A stretch of 63,854 nucleotides of DNA, filler included, from Octopus bimaculoides (taxonomy: Eukaryota), in assembly GCF_001194135.2 (NCBI RefSeq). It is 5 parts of 5 records of this genome, joined end to end, with 100 filler letters (N's around TTAATTAATTAA, not from the genome) between each part and the next. Parts side by side here need not be neighbours in the genome. Positions count along the whole stretch, not along the records: positions 42,202 to 59,897 come from NC_068998.1; positions 59,998 to 62,416 come from NC_068995.1; positions 62,517 to 63,854 come from NC_068993.1; 2 more parts are not named here. The stretch is one strand, 5' to 3'. Made by a program: the position numbers and the translations under genes. The notes under the pieces were generated by a model that was given only the letters and a program-made list of their open reading frames with translations, had not been told where the DNA came from and searched no databases. Shown here in pieces: positions 52,846 to 63,854 of this stretch (position 1 is its first letter; each line of letters opens with the position of its first letter).

Positions 52846-53128
52846 AAAAATGTCCTGTTGTTGATGTTGAAATTTCAACGATGGAGCTTCGGATCTAGGT
52901 TAGAAACCAGCTCTTTCTCTATTGGCAAGAAATCTTGAAATAAAACTGGAAGTGGGGGAGAGGTTGTGTGGTAAGAAACTTGTTTCCCAACCACATGGTT
53001 CCTGACTCTCAATTCATGGTGAAGAGTTAGATTTGCCAACTTTGGTATATTGCATGTCCAGGGCACTTTTAGATCTGGAGAAGTTTATCGAAGAGCTCCA
53101 GATCTGGACAGAATTAATATCGTACAAC

Positions 53129-53557
53129 GAGAGAGAGAGAGAGAGAGATAGAGAGATAGAGAGAGAGAGAGAGAAAGAAAAAAGGAGAGAAGAGAGAGAG
53201 AGACAAAAGAAGAAAGAAAAAGGAGAGTGAGAATGAGAGAAAGAGAAAAGAGAGAGAGAGAGAGAGAGAGAGACAAAAGAAGAGAGAAAAAGGAGAGAGA
53301 GTAAAGAAGAGAGAATGAGAGAAAGAAAAAAGAAGAGAGAGAGAGAGACAAAAGGAAAAAGAAAAAGGCGAGAGTAAAGAAGAGAGAGAGAGAGAGAGAG
53401 CGAAAAGATGAAAGAGAAAAGAGAGAGAGAAAAGAAGAGAGAGTAAAAAGAAGAGAGAAAAAGAAGAGAGAGAGAGAGAGAGAGACAGAGAGAGAGAGAC
53501 AGAGAGAAAAGAAGAAAGAGATAGGAGAGGGAGAGAGAAAAAGTAGAGAGACAGATA

Positions 53558-53592
<35 letters not shown>

Positions 53593-53678
53593 AGAGAGAG
53601 AGAAAAAGAAGAGAGAGAGAGAGAGAGAGAGAAAGAAGAGAGAGAGAAAAAGAAGAGAGAGAGAGAGAGAGAGAGAGG
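53129..53678. repeat. About 550-bp polypurine (GA)n/AAAAGAAG tract
   Basis: Almost all A/G with recurring gagaaaaagaagagagag modules. Confidence 0.95.
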
Positions 53679-53823
53679 ACGAGCGGAGAATAAAATAAGA
53701 CTTGTACTTTATTTATCGACATCGAAATGATGAGAGAGCTAAGGAATAGGACGGTCTGAGCATTGAGCCAGTTTAATCTGCTTCTGTAAGTTCTGCATAC
53801 GGGTAGTTGAAGCTCGTATTTAA

Positions 53824-54305
53824 CCCTTCGTGGGCCGGCGGGGGTCTCTTGGGATCCCAGCAAATTGTAAAAGTTATGCAACTTTTACATTGTTTATTTA
53901 AATGATTTTAGATCTCATGATTTTTATTGTCAATATTTTATGTATACACATAGAAATTTTGAGTTAAACATTTCCAGTCATATGGATGTTATAGCATAAA
54001 GTATGGTAATTGGGGTCCAACTGGAACCCATTGGCCTTCTGGGAAATTATTTCTTCTGCTCCTTTTTCAGATATTTTCAGTAAATTTTCTTCGTATTTGT
54101 TCTATTTTGTAATTAATATAGTTTATAAAACTATAAAACAAAAGTGCTAAATTTCTTCTTCTGTATCATACACTCACACATATATCTACAAGATTAAACA
54201 AATATTACTTTATGGATAGTGCGGAAATGTGCAAAAAAAAGAAAAAAAGAAAAGGGAATCTCAATGGCCTTTTGTGTAATTCCAATCCCGCCGGCCCACG
54301 AAGGG
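53824..54305. mobile_element. piggyBac-family MITE, 482 bp
   Basis: Perfect 19-bp TIR CCCTTCGTGGGCCGGCGGG; TTAA TSD at 53820-53823 and 54306-54309. Confidence 0.95.
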
Positions 54306-54320
54306 TTAAAGCAGTTCAGT

Positions 54321-54703
54321 CGTTGGCACTCCGTCGGTTACAACGACTAGAGTTCCAGTTGATCCGATCAACGGAACAGCCTGCTCTTGAAATTAACGTG
54401 CAAGTGGCTGAGCACTCCACAGACACGTGTACCCTTAACCTAGTTCTCGGGGATATTCAGCGTGACACAGTGTGACAAGGTTGGCCCTTTGAAATACAGG
54501 TACAACAGAAAGAGGAAGAAAGAATGAGAGAAAGTTGTGGTGAAAGAGTACAGCAGGGTTCGCCACCACCCCCTGCCGGAGCCTCGTGGAGCTTTAGGTG
54601 TTTTCGCTCAATAAACACTCACAACGCCCGGTCTGGGAATCGAAACCGCGATCCTACGACCACGAGTCCGCTGCTCTAACCACTGGGCCATTGCGCCTCC
54701 ACG
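54321..54703 (-). mobile_element. SINE family C, full length with 11-bp TSD
   Basis: TSD AGCAGTTCAGT at 54310-54320 and 54704-54714. Confidence 0.95.
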
Positions 54704-55179
54704 AGCAGTTCAGTATCACCATTGCAAATGAAAGATAAAAACGAAAAAAAGAAAAAAATTAAATAAGCAGCGACCAAAGTAGTTGGGGAAGAGTTTACCG
54801 TAAATATAATTGCAACATGATATTCTAAATCAGAAGAGTTTCCGATTTTAAGCAATTAGGAAAGCGACCAGATTGTAATGTGCGTCTATATGGAATATAA
54901 TGCGTTATAAAACTGTTTTAACTTGTGCCTCAACCCTCTAACTACATAGCTGATTGGACAGTCATAAAAGAAAAATGGCTGATAGCGGATTGGTTGAAGT
55001 GATAACGTGACCAGCAAAATAAGTTTCACTGTTGGGACTCCGTACGTTCTGAGATCGAATCCATGCGCGGCAAATGAAACGTTGTGCCTATTCAAAAAAA
55101 AGTCGATATATCTGTTCTACGATTTTTCATGGATTGGCTGAGTCGGATTTTGTTTAATGATCGTTAAGGAATTTATTTG

Positions 55180-56155
55180 CAAAGCTTCAGCTTATGAGTT
55201 CGAATCCTATTAAGGTTGACTTTGCTTGTGTGCATTTCTATTTAGATATCGATAAAATGAATATCAGGCTGACGATTTCTAATCTACCAATTTCGAGAAC
55301 TTGTAACTACGTCATATCAGATAAGTACTAGTTAAACACTGGGGTCGATGTAATCAACTTAATCCGCCCCCTCCTCCTAGCAACTCTTGGCCTTGTGAGC
55401 CAAAGTTCTGATCCGATATTACTGTTAGGTGAAAGTTGGAGGGCGCGTGGCTCAGTGGTTAAGGTGTTGCACTCATGATCACCAGGCCGTAGTTTCGATT
55501 CACGGAGAAAAATACGTCATTTCCTTTTACTGCTGTCCATTCAGTAAATGAATAATCCAACGACGAATTGACATTTTGTTCAGCGGGTAGTGTTGTAATC
55601 TCAAGTACTTATATGTTGCCATGGAAACTGGGTAACCGGCCCCATGACCCCGAGGAATCGAACCTAGTTTACCTTTTCATGTAAAAGAAATCAGATGAAA
55701 CGCATGATTAGAACTTGTGTAAAAATAGTGGTTTCAAATTTTGGAACAAGGCTAGCAATTTCGGGGGAAGGAGTGAGTCAATTGCATCGGCACCCAGTGG
55801 TCAACTTGTACTCTTTTATCGACCCCCTAAAGGATGAAAAGCAAAATCGACCTTAGCGGAATTTGAACTCAGAACGTAAAGACTGACCAAATACCGCTAA
55901 GCAGTTTGTCTGGTGTGCTAACGATTGTACCAGGTCACCATCTTAACTTGTGTAAAAATATTCTTTTCCACTCTAGGTACAAGGCCCAAGATTTCTGGGG
56001 GAGGGGTCCAGTTGATTAGATCGACCCAGTACGCAACTGGTACTTAATTTGTCGACACCGAAAGGATGAAAGGCAAAGTCAACCTCAGCGGAATTTGAAC
56101 TCACAACGTAAAGACACGAAATACCGCTAAGCACTTCGCCCAGCGTGCTAACGAT
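55180..56155. mobile_element. SINE cluster: degenerate B (+), tRNA-head SINE (+, 55435), two B copies (-)
   Basis: B cores at about 55200-55400 (+), 55730-55930 (-) and 55965-56155 (-); head gggcgcgtggctcagtggttaaggtgttgcactcatgatc. Confidence 0.8.
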
Positions 56156-56311
56156 TTTGCTAACGATTCTTGTATAAAAATATTGAATTTGATAATATAG
56201 ACGCAAGTATAAAAAAAATTGCCTAGACGTGTTAAAAACAAATACATAATATCCGTTTCTCAACTCACTGCACATGGTGGAAAGAACAAATTTTTTCAGA
56301 CCTATTTTTGG

Positions 56312-56695
56312 CAGTTACGATGGGATTTTGCTCCACCAGGGTTTGCAAACCCTGGTGGAGCAAAATCCCATCGTAACTGTTGCGGAACTAGCAAAGAAGT
56401 TTGAATTTGGTCGTTCAACCATTCATCGACACCTTTGTGCCATCAGAAAAGCCAGAAAATTGGTTCATTGAGTTCCTCATAAACTTTCCGAGTCTAATTG
56501 CGCGCAGAGAGTGAATGTGTGCTCTTCTTTGCTGTCACATCTCACAAATGAACCTTTTTTGGACCGAATGGCGACGAGAAATGGGTTCTCTATAAAAATG
56601 TCAAGCACCGAAGACAGTGTGAAGGGAAAGGAAAAACATCGGTACCCTTAGCTAACGAAGATCTTCACCCACGTAAGGTGTTGTTGAAAGGTTTA
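56312..56695 (+). pseudogene. mariner transposase remnant
   Basis: LVEQNPIVTVAELAKKF...STIHRHL...KL.H*VPHKLS (WVPHEL motif), GDEKWVLYKN, LHPRKVLL; runs into the gap. Confidence 0.88.
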
Positions 56696-57270
56696 NNNNN
56701 NNNNNNNNNNNNNNNNNNNNNNNNNNNNNNNNNNNNNNNNNNNNNNNNNNNNNNNNNNNNNNNNNNNNNNNNNNNNNNNNNNNNNNNNNNNNNNNNNNNN
56801 NNNNNNNNNNNNNNNNNNNNNNNNNNNNNNNNNNNNNNNNNNNNNNNNNNNNNNNNNNNNNNNNNNNNNNNNNNNNNNNNNNNNNNNNNNNNNNNNNNNN
56901 NNNNNNNNNNNNNNNNNNNNNNNNNNNNNNNNNNNNNNNNNNNNNNNNNNNNNNNNNNNNNNNNNNNNNNNNNNNNNNNNNNNNNNNNNNNNNNNNNNNN
57001 NNNNNNNNNNNNNNNNNNNNNNNNNNNNNNNNNNNNNNNNNNNNNNNNNNNNNNNNNNNNNNNNNNNNNNNNNNNNNNNNNNNNNNNNNNNNNNNNNNNN
57101 NNNNNNNNNNNNNNNNNNNNNNNNNNNNNNNNNNNNNNNNNNNNNNNNNNNNNNNNNNNNNNNNNNNNNNNNNNNNNNNNNNNNNNNNNNNNNNNNNNNN
57201 NNNNNNNNNNNNNNNNNNNNNNNNNNNNNNNNNNNNNNNNNNNNNNNNNNNNNNNNNNNNNNNNNNNNNN

Positions 57271-57315
<45 letters not shown>

Positions 57316-57329
57316 ATAGCAACCGGTGC

Positions 57330-57720
57330 AATATAGTTTTCGAATTTTGGCACAAGACCAGCAATTTCGAGAAAGGTACTCATTTTATCGATCCCGTATA
57401 GATGAAAAGCAAGGTCGACCTCGGCTGAATTTGAACTCAGAACATAAAAGACAGATGGAATACCGCTAAGCCTTTTGTCTGGTGTGCTAACAATTCTGCC
57501 AGCTCGCAGACTAAGCAACGGAAGTAATATTGGTCTCAAATTTCAGCACAGGTCCAGCAAGTTCGGGGACGGGTTTAAACCGACTACATCGATCCCCAGT
57601 ATTCGACTGGTATTTATTTTTTCGACCTCGATAGGATGAAAGGCAAAGTCGACCCCAGCGGAATTTGAACACAGTATGTAAAGAAGGACGCACCACGAAA
57701 TGCCGCTAAGCATTTTGCTC
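57330..57720 (-). mobile_element. Two tandem SINE family B copies
   Basis: gatgaaaagcaaggtcgacctcggctgaatttgaactcag and gatgaaaggcaaagtcgaccccagcggaatttgaac. Confidence 0.85.
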
Positions 57721-57849
57721 TGTGTGCCACCTCACAGCTTCAACTACGGAAGTAATATTAATAACGAATGGCAATGTATCTTAATTAACGTGGATGCATT
57801 ATTAATATGCCTAATATTGCCTTATTCGCCTTCACTGTTGTTCGATATT

Positions 57850-59897
<2,048 letters not shown>

Positions 59898-59997
59898 NNN
59901 NNNNNNNNNNNNNNNNNNNNNNNNNNNNNNNNNNNNNNNNNTTAATTAATTAANNNNNNNNNNNNNNNNNNNNNNNNNNNNNNNNNNNNNNNNNNNN
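59898..59997. other. Synthetic scaffold linker 3
   Basis: 44 N + TTAATTAATTAA (59942-59953) + 44 N. Confidence 0.97.
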
Positions 59998-60006
59998 TAT
60001 ATATAT

Positions 60007-60672
60007 GGATCCAACACTCCTTGTACGCGTCACAGCATCTGCCGATAGTCTTCTCGGCACTTTCGATAATTGCCTCCTTGAACTTCCTAAAGCAGCCGTC
60101 GATGTCGACCTCGTCCATTTCTGCGAGATGTCTGAATCGGTCTCTCAATTCCAACTGGAATTGATTGACTGTCCTTCGGTCTTTAAATTTCTCCACTGTA
60201 CAGGGGCGGGGCGACTTTTTACGAGCAGCCGGCAAGCACCTCAATCGAAGCCGACACTTCGCGAGGCGGAGGTAATGATCAGAATCCACATCTGCTCCCC
60301 GGCACGTCCGCATGTCCAGAGGGCTGATCTCCATCGCTTACTAATACAGACGCAGTCGACTTCGTTAAAGGTCGTCGATCATCCGGTGATCAATACGTTT
60401 TCTTGTGGATCCTTTTGTACTCGAAGTAAGTGTTTCCGATCGTCAACCCATTTGTTGAGCAGAACGAGACCAATCGATCGCCGTTGCCGCTAGTATCGAA
60501 CCATGTATCAGGTGTTAGATATCCTGACGACTTTGATCCAACACCGTTATAGTAAGGTGGTCAGCTTCTCCGCGGTCAGTTTGAACATGTCGGTTTGGCC
60601 CTGCCGTTTTTGTAGCACTGAGGTTTTAACGGGGTCGGGTCGCTGGCCCGACGCCCAACCTCCATCCTTTTG
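60007..60672 (-). mobile_element. RTE LINE, inverted 5' piece (5' UTR remnant plus APE endonuclease C-half)
   Basis: NGDRLVSFCSTNGLTIGNTYF, RGADVDSDHYL, FQLELRDRF, ECWI; starts with the UTR-like ggttgggcgtcgggccagcgacccgaccccgttaaaa. Confidence 0.85.
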
Positions 60673-62045
60673 CTGCAGGGCTTGGGAACGAGATGTGGAA
60701 AAGGGGTGCCCATCAAGTACAAGAATGGGAAGACGTTACTGTTGGTCGAAGATCAGGCGACAAGATGGGTCGAACACTTTAAGGAGACGCTTAATCAGCC
60801 AGCCCCTGCGGACCTCTTTGCCCTTAATCCACCGATCCCCGACAACGATATGGCAGTGCACACGGGTGAGATCACGACGGCCGAGACGGTGGCGGCGATA
60901 CGGCTCCTGATGAACACGGTGCCGGGACTGGATATGGTGGCGGCGGAGGTGATGAAACACCCGTCGAACATCTGACGGCCCTCGTAAATGTATGCTGGGT
61001 AACAGGCCGAGTCTCACAGGATTGGCAACGGGGGGTGGGGGGATCGTCAAGCTCCCAAAGAAAGGAAACCTCGCCGATTGCAATAATTGGAGAGGCATTA
61101 CGCTTCTATCTGTCCCCGGAAAGGTCTTCTGTATCGTCCTCTTAAGACGGCTGCAATGGGTGGTGGATGAGAAGCTCTGAGAAGAAAAAGCCGGTTTTCG
61201 ATGCGGACGGTCGTGCAATGAACAAATATTCACCTTGCGCAATATTATCGAACAAAGCCTGGAATATCAGCAACGGCAATCAATCATTTTCATTGATTTT
61301 GTCAAGGTATTCGACAACGTACACCGGAGTTCGTTGTGGTGCATCGCTCGTGACTTCGACATTTCCGAGCGTTTCGTCGACGCTTTTCGGAATCTTTACC
61401 GCGAGTCTAGGTGCTGCGTTCGAACGGAGACGGGCTACACCGAGTACTTTGCCATTGAGACCGGTATAGGGCAAGAGTGCAATCTATTTCCTCCCCTATT
61501 TCTTATGGCCATTGACTTCGTCATGCGTGGGGCGATGCGTTAAAGCGGTTTCGGGATTCCGGGGTGTGGGCCGGGGCGCCTGACTAACTTCGACTTCGTC
61601 GATGACATCGCGCTCCTCGGTGCGACGACGAATGTCATTCGCACAGTGACAGAGATATTGGAACTGGAGGCGGCCAAGATCAGACTCCGCATAAGTGCAA
61701 ACAAGACGAAGAAATGAGGATTGGATATGTTGATGGGAACAACAATAGCATCCCCTTGATGATTGGACGACACCAAATCGAGGAAGTTGATGAGTTCACC
61801 TCTTTGGGCAGCATTGTGACCAACGAGGGAGTTGCCTGCCGGATTGGGAAAGCCTCGGCTATCTTTCAAAAACTCAAACGTATCTAGGCAAGGCAGGGCG
61901 ATCTCCACCAAGCCCAAAGTGCACCTCTCTTCAACAGCTTCGTCATGCCATCGGCAATATACGGCGGAAATGTGGAAGACATCGGCAAAGATCGCATGAA
62001 GGCTCAATGTATTTCAGCTACGATGCCTCCGGCGAATACTGCATG
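60673..62045 (+). mobile_element. RTE LINE reverse transcriptase, decayed
   Basis: RWVEHFKETLN, IVKLPKKGNLADCNNWRGITLLSVPGKVF, AGFR.GRSC..QIFTLR, FIDFVKVFD, LFPPLF, DFVDDIAL, KTKK, LRCLRRIL; several stops and frameshifts. Confidence 0.93.
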
Positions 62046-62317
62046 TATGTCTTTGGTGATTTTTTGATGGTCTCATTTATGATCTGGCTTTTGTGTATTT
62101 TTGGCAGACCATAGAAAAGGCTAGGCTTGCATTTGAAGTTTGTTAGAAAATCAATCTCCTTGGTTGTCAGTTCATTTCCATGTGTTTTAATTAGTGAGGA
62201 CTGGGTTTTCATTATTTTTTGTGGGGTGTAGTTTGTGACTTTTTCATAGTGTTGATTGTCATCCAGCATGGAGATTACTAGGTTTCTATAGTATAATGTG
62301 TCCATTATTACAACGGA
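62046..62317 (-). mobile_element. Penelope-like RT N-terminal piece, inverted
   Basis: SVVIMDTLYY...LDDNQHY...FYGLPKIHK. Confidence 0.88.
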
Positions 62318-62416
62318 CATATTTTACAAAACCACAGACGCCAAACAATATCTACTATTTGATTCATGCCACCCAAGACACACCAAGACAATCCCCTTCA
62401 ACCTTGCAAGAAGGAT
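62310..62416 (+). mobile_element. Penelope-like RT C-terminal piece
   Basis: TTDIFYKTTDAKQYLLFDSCHPRHTK then PFNLARR; cut by the linker. Confidence 0.85.
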
Positions 62417-62516
62417 NNNNNNNNNNNNNNNNNNNNNNNNNNNNNNNNNNNNNNNNNNNNTTAATTAATTAANNNNNNNNNNNNNNNNNNNNNNNNNNNN
62501 NNNNNNNNNNNNNNNN
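62417..62516. other. Synthetic scaffold linker 4
   Basis: 44 N + TTAATTAATTAA (62461-62472) + 44 N. Confidence 0.97.
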
Positions 62517-62764
62517 TATATATATATTCATATGTATACATATATTCATATGTATACATATACATATATCTGTACATACACACAAACACATAAAACCGAG
62601 TTGAATAAACTGTCGAATAGGCGGTGGGAAGAAAATGATAAAAGAAAAGTTATTTCTTGAAATATCGTAATATTGAAATATAACACTTTCATTGTAATCT
62701 GTGCGTAGTCCAACACCTTGTGCCGTGAAACACACCCTGTATCCCACATCGTAATGTCACTTAC

Positions 62765-62839
62765 CTTTATATCGTTTTATCGAGACTGGGCAATCTTCTC
62801 TAAATATCTTATCTGATTACAAGCATCTAGGAAGGCCGT
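62765..62839 (-). other. Candidate exon of a second, minus-strand gene
   Basis: On the minus strand: acceptor ttatctttcctatccttccAG and donor AAG|GTAAGT, 75 nt. Frame 0 reads TAFLDACNQIRYLEKIAQSR-stop; phase 2 reads RRPS-stop. Confidence 0.4.
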
Positions 62840-63064
62840 CTGGAAGGATAGGAAAGATAATAATTTGGAAGAATTTTAAACCATTTCTTTCTGCATTTCG
62901 ATAAATAGCTTCCTGTTAGCTGACCCTCCACAAAGCAAAAATGCAGCTTTGTTTGGAATGCGATTTATAAGTCCAGAACCGTGTTGTTGCCATTGTTGCT
63001 ACTCAGATAAATATCACATACTATTGAGGAAGGATCATCTAACTGATTGGCAAAGGATATCTAC

Positions 63065-63218
63065 CTCAGCAATATGTTACGATCAGTAATATACAACCGG
63101 GATTTCCCTCTCTCTATCTCTCCTTTCTTTTCTTCTATAGCTACTGACTGAGCTAACAAACTTGCGTGTGCCTCATTCAAGGAACCAACGAGGGAGTTAT
63201 TATACAATGACTCGATCT
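63065..63218 (-). other. Candidate upstream exon of the same minus-strand gene
   Basis: Acceptor gtattttAG, donor AG|GTAGAT. The only open frame reads EIESLYNNSLVGSLNEAHASLLAQSVAIEEKKGEIERGKSRLYITDRNILL. Ambiguous because a plus-strand acceptor-like pyrimidine tract overlaps it. Confidence 0.3.
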
Positions 63219-63259
63219 CTAAAATACATTTGATTATCTTTTTTAAAAAAAGCAATACA

Positions 63260-63440
63260 TTGGCAGAATTAGTAGAGCATCAGGAAAAATGCTTTGCGGT
63301 ATTTCTTCCAACTCGTTACGTCCTAAGTTCAAATCCTGCTGAGATCAACTTTACCCATCACCCCTTCAGGGTCGATAAAATTAAGTACCAGTCAAGTACT
63401 GGGCTGATGTAATCGATTTGTCCCCTCACCTAAAAATTGA
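63260..63440 (+). mobile_element. SINE family B
   Basis: tggcagaattagtagagc...acgtcctaagttcaaatcc...gggtcgataaaattaagtaccag. Confidence 0.8.
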
Positions 63441-63654
63441 TATCCTTGAACTCTCCAACGGACCGGCGTCCCCTTCCGAGAAATGTGATCTCAGTCAATT
63501 ACACGCCATGGAAATCGGATAGCAGACCTTATAAGTCCAAGGGTTAGGGCTTAGTGTGTTGTTTCTTCAGACTCGGGATAACCCAGCCCTTATGAATGAA
63601 ACTGAATATACGGAAACTGTATAGAAGCCCGTTGAATGAATTCTATTAGTAATT

Positions 63655-63805
63655 CAGGGAGTACGTCCTTGTCACACACGGTGAAATGCAGATTTTGAAT
63701 TATGCTGAAGATACACGTGTCCGTGGAATACTCAGCCACTTCGACGTTAATTCAGGAGCAGGTAATTCAGTTGTTTAAACAACTGAATCCTCATCGTCGA
63801 ACGAC
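63655..63805 (+). mobile_element. SINE family C tail
   Basis: ccttgtcacacacgg...acacgtgtccgtggaatactcagccact...ctcatcgtcg. Confidence 0.7.
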
Positions 63806-63854
63806 GGAGATCCACCACCGCTTTTGTTGTTGATGGTATTGCTGTTGTTTCAAT

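Noticed and set aside
63095-63125. Walker A-like GEIERGKS
   Set aside because: It is encoded by a GA-rich low-complexity run and lacks the preceding hydrophobic strand; probably chance.

Overview
AT-rich, repeat-saturated animal genomic DNA from a gapped short-read assembly. It is most likely an Octopus species, judged from recurring tRNA-head SINE families and very dense microsatellites (inference, not searched). Four identical 100-bp synthetic linkers (44 N + TTAATTAATTAA + 44 N) split the window into five joined segments: 1-25553, 25654-42101, 42202-59897, 59998-62416 and 62517-63854. Most of the window is SINEs, decayed LINEs (L1/Tx1, CR1/L2, RTE, R4/Dong), Penelope-like elements, DNA-transposon remnants and MITEs (pogo, mariner, piggyBac, Merlin-like, Helitron) and simple repeats. 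Nearly all long ORFs in the supplied track are artefacts of N gaps or microsatellites. The one well-supported host gene is missed by the ORF track because it is spliced: a + strand BCL-2-family gene with four phase-compatible exons (42453-42583, 45264-45490, 47633-47758, 49119-49136). The protein is atypical: Bak-like helices 1-2, a BAD-like BH3 (LRRISDDL) with an RRxS kinase site, no NWGR BH1 signature, a GTW BH2 and apparently no C-terminal membrane anchor. Its first exon is unresolved; candidates lie across a linker. Three separate retroelement copies show head-to-head 5' inversions. No CRISPR, rRNA or genuine tRNA genes were seen.
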